A stretch of 29,008 nt of DNA from an uncultured Methanosarcinales archaeon (GTDB lineage: Archaea > Nanobdellota > Nanobdellia > Woesearchaeales > JAGVZT01), in the NCBI GenBank assembly GCA_964419615.1, contig CAYQPU010000021.1, positions 1-29,008 of the forward strand. The letters are read 5' to 3'. The notes beneath the pieces were generated by a model, which did no database searches, was not told the DNA's origin, and saw only the letters and a list, made by a program, of their open reading frames with translations. Numbering within the stretch: position 1 is the first letter of the stretch; each line of letters opens with the position of its first letter. Of this stretch, positions 9,901-17,896 are shown one piece after another. Position numbers and translations under genes: made by a program.

Positions 9901-10545
9901 TTTTTTAATACTCTATTAACAAAAGAAATGCAATACCAGGATCCAAATCAAATATCTGATGAAGCATGGAAGATTGTTGAAAAATACCTAACCAAAACAA
10001 AACCTAAGAAAATAGCTGAGGAATTTTCAAAGCATGCAAGGTTAAACTTTGAATTGATAGCACAGCAAATAGGATATGAATTAATGGGAAAGTTCTCCAA
10101 GATCCAACCAAAAGTGAGGATTGGCATTCTTCCACACCCAGAATTGTATCAGTTAGCTAAGGAAACCGCTGAGATAGGAGAAAATCCTGAGAAGCAAAAA
10201 GAATTTTTAGAAAAAAGACAATCAATAGAACAGAAACTTTTTGGGGAAATGCAAGTAACAGATATTTTTAGAAAAGGTATTGTAAGAGATGCTGGTCATC
10301 TCTGGATGGATTATTTATCTTATGCAGAAGCTGAGAGGGTAAGAGTAGGATTACATGCTTATGGACAAAGAGATCCTCTTGTTGTATACAAAACAAGAAG
10401 TCATGCAGAATTTGAGAATGTTGTTGGTGAAATAAGAAATAGAATTGCAGAGAATTTATTCAAGGTTGCCCATAATAAATACACGCAAGCTTGTCAACCA
10501 ATGCAATTCAGAGTTCCAGGTCAGATAACAAGACCAAAGCCTTAA
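6979..10545 (+). CDS. secA: Preprotein translocase ATPase SecA (bacterial type, 1188 aa, with insertions, no C-terminal Zn finger)
   Basis: RTGEGKT, VTVNDYLARRDA, DEVD...DARTPLIISG, DGLHQAVEAKE, TIQNYFRMYEKLAGMTGTA, ATNMAGRGVDI, RRIDNQLRGRAARQGEPG, AYGQRDPL. Confidence 0.97.
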   Translation: MVKNLFSKALQNSHDEIMEKYLSLVDRINDLEQEFSELSDDELAAKTQEFRKRIVIDGETLDDLLPEAFATVREASKRTIGQRHYDVQLMGGIAEHERTIAEVRTGEGKTLMATLPIYLNALDVNPDWIKAAEKMFGGKSKDEWEYQNIIAGKTVIPIGKGVHLVTVNDYLARRDARWMSPIFKFLRMNTGVLQSNSKTEHGKYSYIVTPFAYSPDEFNNGLTLVPREITYQEDITYGSKNEFGHDYLRDNMKMSLGERVQRGHHFAIIDEVDNVLIDDARTPLIISGPKPGSVDMFQTIDTVVKQLKSTHFDIEEKNRSLSLTIKGEQKMNQLLQDIGITDEPLFKQNGDSLDLVELTIPEVVLNGYIQQCLNANFIYKKGKDYEVEGDKVIIVDHFTGRLMPGRRWSDGLHQAVEAKEEVPVEPESTTYATITIQNYFRMYEKLAGMTGTAIEDSEEFGDIYKLDTIEIPTHVDYLASLPESGLELVRTKDMEGFDIEYWSHTDDPDQKPIFHRRQDRPDTIYKTPEGKVRVISSEILRSYVHGRPVLTGTTSVEKSEIISDRLGKESIQKLSTWLLLRNHYLQQRSRKQDGKRIKELKEFDEESDGTAIPLNNLDMSRLEEKALELGYDQPIVDYVDTILDALNVFDFGQREQSRERLIYALENGVPHNVLNARHEAQEAQIIAGAGAFGAVTIATNMAGRGVDIKLGGALPDEIIIKVNDYLSRNGYEEPTVLSLDEKIDGIGILAEENIDMDQDILSFIEYSKERQMVMELGGLDVIGSERNEARRIDNQLRGRAARQGEPGRTRFCISYEDELLLRFGSGAPVKLLNHLVDIDPYFPVDHKLISKFIEGAQSRVEGANFDVRKHLLAYDDVLNKQRKTIYGFRDKVLAELYLTDIMFKHFKEEVYFRAAMELEVDETVEELAAEINAQGVIVDKNADELEIDENARELFLSLNRLQPSMQIGEHMVDSFFNTLLTKEMQYQDPNQISDEAWKIVEKYLTKTKPKKIAEEFSKHARLNFELIAQQIGYELMGKFSKIQPKVRIGILPHPELYQLAKETAEIGENPEKQKEFLEKRQSIEQKLFGEMQVTDIFRKGIVRDAGHLWMDYLSYAEAERVRVGLHAYGQRDPLVVYKTRSHAEFENVVGEIRNRIAENLFKVAHNKYTQACQPMQFRVPGQITRPKP

Positions 10546-10779
10546 CTACTTAACCAAATCTTCAATAGGCTTATCTTGTTTCTTAGCTTCTTTCATTAAT
10601 TCTTCAGCTTCTTTTTCAAGATCAACACCTAGATCTTTAAGACCTTTGATGTGCATTTGCATTAATTGCTCAACAATCTGCAGGATCTTATACATCTCCT
10701 GTCTTTCTTTAACTAATGTTGATAATGCTCCTTTATGAAAACCTACTTGTTCATCCTTACTTGCTTCTTTTTCTGCCAT
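10546..10779 (-). CDS. Small coiled-coil hypothetical protein
   Basis: 77-aa ORF with GGTGA SD-like element; amphipathic helical pattern. Confidence 0.7.
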   Translation of the reverse strand: MAEKEASKDEQVGFHKGALSTLVKERQEMYKILQIVEQLMQMHIKGLKDLGVDLEKEAEELMKEAKKQDKPIEDLVK

Positions 10780-10813
10780 ATTTATTCACCTATGTTTGTT
10801 TCTACCTCTTTGT

Positions 10814-11695
10814 TTAAATCTTTTTCGATAATTTAGGTTTTTTAATTTGATAACCCATTTGTACAAGAAACTCCCTTGCTGTGTTAACTCCATCCTCAAA
10901 TGCATGAGGAGAATAACTTCCCACCATCTTTCTTTTGTAGAATGGTTGCATGTCTTCTCCAATTAATTTTGGGCTGTCACTTAAATAAGCTCTTGCAAGT
11001 TTGTGTTGACTTGACCTTCCCAGAGCATCAATAATCTCTGCTGCTGCATACTCCACACCTCTACTAGCAAACATTTTCTCAATCACACCAGTTAATCCGA
11101 ATAACATTTGTATTCTATCATGATTTGGAGTCTCCTCTTGTTTTAAGAATTCTAATTTTGCAGTCAAAAAATCTAAAGGATGTGGAACATGATAGGTTGA
11201 ACCAAACATCTGTGCTTGTACTGCGTTCTGAAAAAATTCAGGTGTAACAATATATTTTCCGAAATGAACATTTGGCAGATCTGTTTGCCCTAGCCAAAGA
11301 TCAACTTCTACAGGAGGTTCACCCCATCTAATAGCAGCAGACACTTTATCTCTACCTCCATTTTGGTAGCTAACACTTGAAGGTTTATACTTTGAAAATT
11401 CAAATAAGTCAAAAAGAATGCATAGACTATCTTCACTGACAGCAATCAGATCAAGATCAACAGCCTTTTCTGGATCATCATTAGGTAAGGGATTTGGTAC
11501 ATACAATACATCATGTTTTAAAGCTAAAGCCAATAGGCCAAATTCATCAACAGACAAAACCTTTCCAGAATCACACATTTCAGCAACATGCATAGATAAA
11601 TCTAAAGCTTTTATCACATCATGCTCTCTATGATTATCAACTAATGCATCCATAACAATATCTTCACTTATCCTTGGTTTCTTTTTCTTTGCCAT
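10814..11695 (-). CDS. Putative Pol-beta-fold nucleotidyltransferase-like protein
   Basis: G..A.AL, DLDL (DxD), VDLW (third acidic residue), HVPHPLDFLTAKL resembling the 'v.spedli..Kl' motif. Confidence 0.45.
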   Translation of the reverse strand: MAKKKKPRISEDIVMDALVDNHREHDVIKALDLSMHVAEMCDSGKVLSVDEFGLLALALKHDVLYVPNPLPNDDPEKAVDLDLIAVSEDSLCILFDLFEFSKYKPSSVSYQNGGRDKVSAAIRWGEPPVEVDLWLGQTDLPNVHFGKYIVTPEFFQNAVQAQMFGSTYHVPHPLDFLTAKLEFLKQEETPNHDRIQMLFGLTGVIEKMFASRGVEYAAAEIIDALGRSSQHKLARAYLSDSPKLIGEDMQPFYKRKMVGSYSPHAFEDGVNTAREFLVQMGYQIKKPKLSKKI

Positions 11696-11697
11696 TT

Positions 11698-12540
11698 TTA
11701 TTCTAAATACCTATTTGATTCTAAAAATTCTCTTGCTACAACATTACTTTCATAGAATGGAGCATCTGTTGGACCAACTAATGAACTATCTATGCTCATG
11801 TAAATCATAGCAAGTCTTGGAACAGTTATCTCATTTAACTGATGCTTTATTGATTCCGCAATGCTTACTACTCCTTTTCCTTCCTTTTCTACAAATTCTT
11901 GTTCTAGAAAATCTGTTAAATTAAGAACATCAGCAGCGATTCTGTAATCAGCTTTGTCAAATCCAAGCCTTGCTGACAAAAACCTGTAAACATCAGGAAC
12001 ACAAATTGGAATCCCCCAAACATTAGCTTTCCATCCATTACTAATAAAACGTGGTTCCACCAACTGTTCTCCATATTGTACTTTTGGTTCCTGACTCATT
12101 GTCCATATAAAAATATCAGTATCTCTGTTAACCTTTCCAACTCTAACATCCTTATAACCTGGTGACATTGAAGTATGATCTCTAAATTCTACTTGTACCA
12201 GGCTACCTGACAAACCTTCCTCTGCACCATAGCCTTTTGCAATCATCTCAAGGTTATGACTTTTTTTGTATCTGATGTCACAATTAATACCAACACTTTT
12301 CATAATTGCCCAGACTGCAAACTGATCAACAAACACATATTGAGGTTTTAAAGTAAAAGGATCAAAAGGTTCTAAATCATCATATGCATCAGATTCTGGA
12401 ATTGAGAATCTTTCCTCAAGATTCTGTGCAGTTTTTAAAAACACATTAAACACTTCAGCAGTTGCTAAACTCATATTTTTTGGTTTTGTAACCTGCAAAT
12501 AGTCTTGATAATCATCAGAACTCATATTATCAAATATCAT
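11698..12540 (-). CDS. Distant paralogue of 10814-11695, catalytic motif degenerate
   Basis: Matching segments NLEMIAK/DLDLIAV, DTDIFIW/EVDLWLG, VPDVYRFLSARL/VPHPLDFLTAKL, AREFLESNRY/AREFLVQMGY. Confidence 0.45.
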   Translation of the reverse strand: MIFDNMSSDDYQDYLQVTKPKNMSLATAEVFNVFLKTAQNLEERFSIPESDAYDDLEPFDPFTLKPQYVFVDQFAVWAIMKSVGINCDIRYKKSHNLEMIAKGYGAEEGLSGSLVQVEFRDHTSMSPGYKDVRVGKVNRDTDIFIWTMSQEPKVQYGEQLVEPRFISNGWKANVWGIPICVPDVYRFLSARLGFDKADYRIAADVLNLTDFLEQEFVEKEGKGVVSIAESIKHQLNEITVPRLAMIYMSIDSSLVGPTDAPFYESNVVAREFLESNRYLE

Positions 12541-12641
12541 ATATATTAGAACTTCTCTCCAATATATAAATCTTTCTTCTTACACCACTTAACAGTGAGA
12601 ATAACATTGGTTTTTTAAATCAGAGCTGATTACATTATAAT

Positions 12642-13508
12642 ATGTCAGAATTATTCATAAAAAACAATCAATTAATCCCAGAAAATGAATGGAAAACAAT
12701 AATTCAAAATCTAAAATCAGAATCATCTACAAAACCTGTCAAACAAGCTCTATTTGATGCAATAAAAAAAAGATCTGGAAATAAAATAGGATTATTGTTC
12801 TCAGGAGGAGTTGATTCAACAGTGCTAGCATTAATCTTAAAAGAACTTGAAATTGACTTCACATGCTTTGCAATTGGAATAAGAAGAAGTAAAGATGTAA
12901 ATGTTGCAATAGAAATTGCAGAAAAATACAACTTGGATCTAAAAACAAAATACTTCACCTTAGAGAAAATAGAAAACACAATAGAAAATCTAATCAAAAT
13001 CTTTCAAACAGATGACTTTGTAACAATCAGTGTTGGATCTGTTATATATGATGCAGCAAAACTTGCAAAACAGCATGGCCACACAAAAGTTTTAACTGGG
13101 CTTGGATCTGAAGAAATATTTGGCGGATATTATCGACATAAAACCTCAAGCAATGTTAATCAAGAATGCTGGAATGGAATGATAAACACACTATGGAAAA
13201 GAGACTTACAAAGAGACACAACAATTGCAAAAAACCTACACATGCAATTCTCAACTCCATTTCTTGACAAAGAATTAATCATGGCAGCAATGCAAATTCA
13301 GGGAGAACAAAAAGTAAAAGATGGTCTGGCAAAACTACCATTAAGAAAAATAGCATTAGAAATTGGTCTAGAAAATCAGTATGCAATGAGAAAGAAAATA
13401 GCAGCACAATATGGCTCTGGATTTGACAAAGCAATAGAAAAAATAGCAAAATCAAAAGGATTTAAGTATAAATCTGATTATCTAAAACAAGTATTAACCA
13501 AGATGTAG
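12642..13508 (+). CDS. Asparagine synthase-like ATP pyrophosphatase domain protein (no glutaminase domain)
   Basis: LLFSGGVDS PP-loop, LTGLGSEEIFGGY, TPFLD, KLPLRKIA, RKKIAAQYGSG. Confidence 0.85.
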   Translation: MSELFIKNNQLIPENEWKTIIQNLKSESSTKPVKQALFDAIKKRSGNKIGLLFSGGVDSTVLALILKELEIDFTCFAIGIRRSKDVNVAIEIAEKYNLDLKTKYFTLEKIENTIENLIKIFQTDDFVTISVGSVIYDAAKLAKQHGHTKVLTGLGSEEIFGGYYRHKTSSNVNQECWNGMINTLWKRDLQRDTTIAKNLHMQFSTPFLDKELIMAAMQIQGEQKVKDGLAKLPLRKIALEIGLENQYAMRKKIAAQYGSGFDKAIEKIAKSKGFKYKSDYLKQVLTKM

Positions 13509-14579
13509 TTCAACAACGTCCTTATCCTTAACAACATAATCTAAACTCCTAATCTTTAATCCAGGATACTTTGCACTCCCCCAAATTCTAACATACTTAA
13601 ATTTTGCAACAAAATCCTTATGCAACTTTTTACAAATATCTCTTACTGTGGCTCCGTTTTTAACAATCAAAGCTTCATCCATATCTGGTTTTTTACCTGG
13701 TTGCTTGCAATAAATTCTAATAATACCTAATCTACTAAACATTAATTCTTTTAGGTCTGTTAAATCCTCATCATTTTGAGCAGAAATACATAAATCTGGC
13801 TTAATCTTTTTCTTAATCTGAGCAAGCTTCTTATCATTAAGCAAATCAATCTTGTTTAATATGATAATTGCAGGAACATAAACCTTATTATCTTCTAAAA
13901 CATCTATTAACTGATCTTCATTAATCTTATCTCTAATCAACACATCTGCATTAGTGACCTTAAACTCTTTTAGAATAGCAATTATGGTCTCATCCTGCAT
14001 ATTGAGTTTTTTAGTAGAACTCAAATCAATACCACCTTTGAATTTCCTTTTAATTTTAATATCAGGTTTTCTAGCATTAATCCTAATCCCAATATTATAC
14101 ATCTCATCCACAATAATTTTAAGGTGCTTAGGTTTTGTTACATCCAAAATAATTACAATCAAATCAGCAATCCTTGAAACAGAAAAAATTTCCTTACCTC
14201 TACCTTTTCCTTTAGATGCTCCCTTAATAACTCCAGGTACATCTAAAACCTGAATATCAGCTCCTTGATAAGTAAGTGCACCAGGTATAACATCTAAAGT
14301 TGTAAAATCATAAGCACCAACTTTTGAATCTGCATTTGTCAGTTTGTTAATTAATGTAGATTTCCCAACAGAAGGAAAACCAACTAAAACAACAGTTGCA
14401 TCCCCAGTCTTTCTAACAGAATAACCAGTTCCCTTTTTTCCACCAGATGAAGATCCTTTTTCCCTTAACCTGGCAAGCTTTGCTTTAAGTAATCCAATAT
14501 GGTGCTGAGTAGCCTTATTATACTTAGTTTTCTTAATCTCAGCTTCAATATCCTGGATTTTATCATCATAACCTGCCAT
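13494..14579 (-). CDS. DRG/RBG-family (Obg superfamily) GTPase with C-terminal TGS domain
   Basis: Likely start MAGYDDK at 14579; TKYNKATQHHIGLLKAKLA, GFPSVGKS, YDFTT, DVPG, NKID motifs. Confidence 0.95.
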   Translation of the reverse strand: MAGYDDKIQDIEAEIKKTKYNKATQHHIGLLKAKLARLREKGSSSGGKKGTGYSVRKTGDATVVLVGFPSVGKSTLINKLTNADSKVGAYDFTTLDVIPGALTYQGADIQVLDVPGVIKGASKGKGRGKEIFSVSRIADLIVIILDVTKPKHLKIIVDEMYNIGIRINARKPDIKIKRKFKGGIDLSSTKKLNMQDETIIAILKEFKVTNADVLIRDKINEDQLIDVLEDNKVYVPAIIILNKIDLLNDKKLAQIKKKIKPDLCISAQNDEDLTDLKELMFSRLGIIRIYCKQPGKKPDMDEALIVKNGATVRDICKKLHKDFVAKFKYVRIWGSAKYPGLKIRSLDYVVKDKDVVELHLG

Positions 14580-14641
14580 AAAGCAAAGGAGGAAAAAACT
14601 GTTTAAAATACTTTTGAAAAAAAAAGGTGGGCTCAGAGGGA

Positions 14642-14787
14642 CTTTCAACAACCTTTTACAAAGTTTTAACCAAAGGTAGCACATTTATGTGCTTGGGTGG
14701 TGATAATCTTGCATTTCAAGACATCACCACATGGGACTACAAATCCCATTGTTTTGGTCAAACTTTTACCCTTGGGTAAAAGGTTGA
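14642..14787 (-). other. 146-nt T-loop (59/60) BHB-type intron of tRNA-Lys, multibranched
   Basis: Central helix TTCA/TGAA, bulges AAT and AGT, 11-bp CAACCTTTTAC/GTAAAAGGTTG stem, three internal hairpins. Confidence 0.9.
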
Positions 14788-14804
14788 TTTGAACCCTCGA
14801 CCTA

Positions 14805-14826
14805 TTAACCCAGCTTTTGTTGCTGT
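14805..14826 (-). other. 22-nt BHB intron of tRNA-Lys at 42/43
   Basis: AACC/GGTT central helix, bulges AGA and AAT, CAGC/GCTG inner stem; cutting after the second bulge nucleotide restores CCAGT. Confidence 0.9.
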
Positions 14827-14886
14827 CTGGTTAAGAGCCAGTTGCTCTGCCTAACTAAGCTATGAGCCCATAAAACAATAAATAAA

Positions 14887-14935
14887 GAAAATCAAAAAAT
14901 GATTTTCTAAATTGAAAATACTTCATATTTTCAAT
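14887..14935. repeat. Two adjacent AT-rich palindromes (GAAAATCA/TGATTTTC; ATTGAAAATA/TATTTTCAAT)
   Basis: Perfect 8-bp and 10-bp inverted repeats; the ATTGAAAAT motif recurs at 22869-22993. Confidence 0.7.
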
Positions 14936-14955
14936 AAAAGAGAAAAATAATCTGG

Positions 14956-14970
14956 TTATAAATCTTTTGG
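14956..14970 (-). promoter_or_regulatory. BRE + TATA promoter, probably for tRNA-Lys
   Basis: Minus strand CCAAAAGATTTATAA, 86 nt upstream of the tRNA 5' end. Confidence 0.45.
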
Positions 14971-14974
14971 CTAT

Positions 14975-17830
14975 CTAGCTTGCATAACCCGCTAATGCAG
15001 ACTGATCACCATTAAAAACATTAGCATCAGTCTTGCCATGAGTTTCTGTTGCAATTCCATTAGTTATTCCATAAACAGGTTGACAATCTCCACAAGTCTG
15101 CCAGAAATCCCAGGTGTCCCAAGTATCCGGAATTGTTGGACAATCAACACCCCAGTGTGCAATCCACAATGGATATTCACCAAATTGTTCCTTAGCTGCA
15201 CTAGGGTTAAATCCATTCCAAAAACCAACACTTGTATATATCAAAGGTTTTTTACCGGTAGCAGCTTCAACAGTTTCCAGCCAATCTTTCATATTCCTAA
15301 ACCAATCATCAGTTGAGGCATGTATCATTTGCTGATCAGTTGGATCTATCTCTAAATCCAAAACAGCAGGTAATTCTCCAAAATCTCCTTCCATCATTGA
15401 CAGGAATTTTTGAGCTTGACCAACACCATCAACATAAGGAACAAAAAAGTGATATGCACCTCTATACACTCCCTGTGCTTTTGCTTCTCTCCAATTCCTC
15501 TTAAACTCTGGATCTTCTGTTGTACTATATGTTGCTCTGATAAATGCAAAGCCAACACCATAATCAGGGTCACTTACAACTTCATGCCAACGGATATCTC
15601 CTTTCCACTTTGAAACATCAATACCAGTAGCAGCATCTTGGCCCCCACAAATAGTAGTAGAGCCACCTCCTCCAGCACCCCAACCACTGCCTCCACTTCC
15701 ACCACCAGAGCCTCCACCACTTCCTGAACCTCCAGAGCCTCCACCACCACCTGTACCTCCTGTTGCACAGATACCACTACAACCATCTTGTGGTTCATCA
15801 AACATATGATCTTTAATCAGTTCATAAGCAATATAAAAATCAACTTTTTCTTTTCTAACATCATTATAATCTTGGGACTCAACCAAAAGCCAGCATCTTC
15901 CTTTTCTTTCAACAGAACCATATATCAGTAAAGGAGTTTGACCATCAAAAGCCATATCATCTCTATACTGCATGCAGTTATAGTCCCCATAATAGTCACA
16001 GAACTCTAATGTTCTTGTATCAGATGGTTGACAAGTATAAAAAGTCCTACCATTAAAATTCTCATCAAAATCAATAGGACAAGGAAAGTATTCTTGAGGT
16101 TCTGCATCTCCTTCAGGACAATCAGCACCACCAGATGATTGACTCCTTACTGGGCTTAATGGATTTGGTGGTTTAGGAACAGTAGCTCCACCCGGTACCC
16201 AAACGTTGTAGGTATATTGGTTTGTTTCATATTCAACAGTATACTCTGTGCAAGTTGCTGTCTCCATGTCCCAAGGATTACAATCTGGCTGACCAACGCA
16301 CACCTTTGGAACTTCCATTGTTGCACCAGACTGATCACACAGTAAAAAGGATTCATCAACATTAATACCAAAACCTTTGAATGTGACATCTGCTCTTGCC
16401 TTAAAACAAGCATCTTCTGGTTCTAACCTATTCCTACCAAAAAGATCAAAGTGTTGAGTAGCATCTTTGAAATCTAGTACGTCAATTTTGCACCAATCAT
16501 CACTGTCAGGAGTACAGACAGCTTTAATAACCATGTCTTTTTCAGGTTTCTCTGTTGGACTATCGGTGTCTCTCTTACCTACTTCTGGCAGTCTATCCTC
16601 TTTTGTCCATAAGCAAGAATCACCATTATCATAAAAGGCAATCTTGTTGTCTCTCATCTCTCTTTCAAATTCAAAATTCTCATACCAAAAATAGTAAGTT
16701 GTGCATGTACAATTACCAGAAGGAGGCTCATCTTCACATCCACCTGTACACTCATGACAACCACCACATGAATCTGTCTGTCTTACAACAGGTGTTGGAC
16801 CAACACATACATCTCCATCTCCAACACCACCTTTACCAATACCTGTTGATTTAATGTATAATTCTCCAGGAATCTCAGAAGGAGGTGGCGGAGGAGATTT
16901 GGTCCATCCCTCACAACTTTGACAACCTTCTGTTAATGTCCATTCAGGCAATTGAAGAATTGTATCACTCTCCTCAGTACACCTCAGTACAACACCAAAC
17001 GGAGTAAAGTGTGTTGTCTCAGCCTCAATCACATTCTCATCAACATCAACAACAGATGAATCCAAAGAAACCCACATATCAAGATTCTTGTCATAAAAAC
17101 CAAGCATTAAATCTTCTTCTTTGATTGTTAATGGAATATCTTTTTGATGATAACTCATAATCAATTTAACTGGCTGGGAAAACTGTGCTCCATCAGGAAG
17201 TCCCCTATAAGCAAGCATACCCATCAAAACTCTATTAGACAGTCCCTCAAATTCCCTGTCCAAAAGCTCAATACCAGGTCTATCTCCACCAGTCATTGTG
17301 GTTCCTGGAGGAACAATAATCTGGAATCTATTATCATGAGATGTAATTAATGTCTCATCACCTGCTTTGATAGGTTCATATAACTTTCTTGGAACAACAT
17401 AATTTTGTTCTTTAAATGTAATAGTAGCAGGACTCTTGGTCATCTCAATTGGATATTCTAAATCAACATCAATAGTGACATCATTAATATCAACTTTAAC
17501 GGTAATATCCTCCTCTTCTACTTCAAACCCTTCTTCTCTGAATGCCTCAAAACCTTTGGTACAGGCAACAACATTCTTAGATATATAATCTATTAACCAA
17601 TCAGTACTTATATCCTCATCAATACCATAATAAACCATGGCATCATTTGAGACAAGTTCTAGACAAGAACCCATAAAAAAATTCAAGGCCTCTTGAGTTG
17701 TTTTTGTATCACTAATCTCATGAGTATTTGGCTCACCACCTTTATTTGAAACCATAAACACTGCTGCAAACGCAAGTAACAAAACAATAGCTAAAATCAG
17801 GAAAATACTTGTCTGGGATTTTGAACTCAT
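14975..17830 (-). CDS. Large surface protein: class III (pilin-like) signal, ZU5-like domain, Cys-rich region, Gly/Ser linker, C-terminal GH25 muramidase
   Basis: KSQ + hydrophobic helix; GH25 motifs at about 14975-15625: GIDVSKW, FAFIRAT, RGAYHFF, PAVLDLE (DxE at 15350-15358), PLIYT, LWIAHW, WDFWQ, DANVF. Confidence 0.9.
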   Translation of the reverse strand: MSSKSQTSIFLILAIVLLLAFAAVFMVSNKGGEPNTHEISDTKTTQEALNFFMGSCLELVSNDAMVYYGIDEDISTDWLIDYISKNVVACTKGFEAFREEGFEVEEEDITVKVDINDVTIDVDLEYPIEMTKSPATITFKEQNYVVPRKLYEPIKAGDETLITSHDNRFQIIVPPGTTMTGGDRPGIELLDREFEGLSNRVLMGMLAYRGLPDGAQFSQPVKLIMSYHQKDIPLTIKEEDLMLGFYDKNLDMWVSLDSSVVDVDENVIEAETTHFTPFGVVLRCTEESDTILQLPEWTLTEGCQSCEGWTKSPPPPPSEIPGELYIKSTGIGKGGVGDGDVCVGPTPVVRQTDSCGGCHECTGGCEDEPPSGNCTCTTYYFWYENFEFEREMRDNKIAFYDNGDSCLWTKEDRLPEVGKRDTDSPTEKPEKDMVIKAVCTPDSDDWCKIDVLDFKDATQHFDLFGRNRLEPEDACFKARADVTFKGFGINVDESFLLCDQSGATMEVPKVCVGQPDCNPWDMETATCTEYTVEYETNQYTYNVWVPGGATVPKPPNPLSPVRSQSSGGADCPEGDAEPQEYFPCPIDFDENFNGRTFYTCQPSDTRTLEFCDYYGDYNCMQYRDDMAFDGQTPLLIYGSVERKGRCWLLVESQDYNDVRKEKVDFYIAYELIKDHMFDEPQDGCSGICATGGTGGGGGSGGSGSGGGSGGGSGGSGWGAGGGGSTTICGGQDAATGIDVSKWKGDIRWHEVVSDPDYGVGFAFIRATYSTTEDPEFKRNWREAKAQGVYRGAYHFFVPYVDGVGQAQKFLSMMEGDFGELPAVLDLEIDPTDQQMIHASTDDWFRNMKDWLETVEAATGKKPLIYTSVGFWNGFNPSAAKEQFGEYPLWIAHWGVDCPTIPDTWDTWDFWQTCGDCQPVYGITNGIATETHGKTDANVFNGDQSALAGYAS

Positions 17831-17836
17831 AATAAT

Positions 17837-17875
17837 ACCTCCTTTTATTATTTCAATCTAATAAGGCCTTATAAA
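17837..17875 (-). promoter_or_regulatory. TATA box and strong SD for the GH25 surface-protein gene
   Basis: TTTATAA at 17869-17875 preceded by an A-run; GGAGGT at 17837-17842. Confidence 0.6.
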
Positions 17876-17896
17876 TTTTTCTAAGAATCAATAAGA

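Larger units (their letters stand above)
14628..14869 (-). tRNA. tRNA-Lys(CTT) with two introns (42/43 and 59/60)
   Basis: Spliced 74-nt cloverleaf GGGCTCA TA GCTT AGTTAGGCA GAGC A ACTGG CTCTTAA CCAGT AGGTC GAGGG TTCAAAT CCCTC TGAGCCC A; anticodon 14833-14835; CCA not encoded. Confidence 0.95.

Noticed and set aside
13494-14684. Extended N-termini given by the ORF track (DRG 14684, antitoxin 3398, TMEM43-like 25967, trmI 22062)
   Set aside because: The extensions overlap tRNA-Lys, promoters or neighbouring genes; downstream ATGs match family N-termini better.
14642-14787. CRISPR array or protein-coding (homing endonuclease) intron
   Set aside because: There is no regular repeat-spacer periodicity anywhere in the window, and the introns are too short to encode a protein.
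15650-15765. CCA/CCT-rich nucleotide repeats
   Set aside because: Fully explained by the Gly/Ser linker codons of the GH25 carrier.
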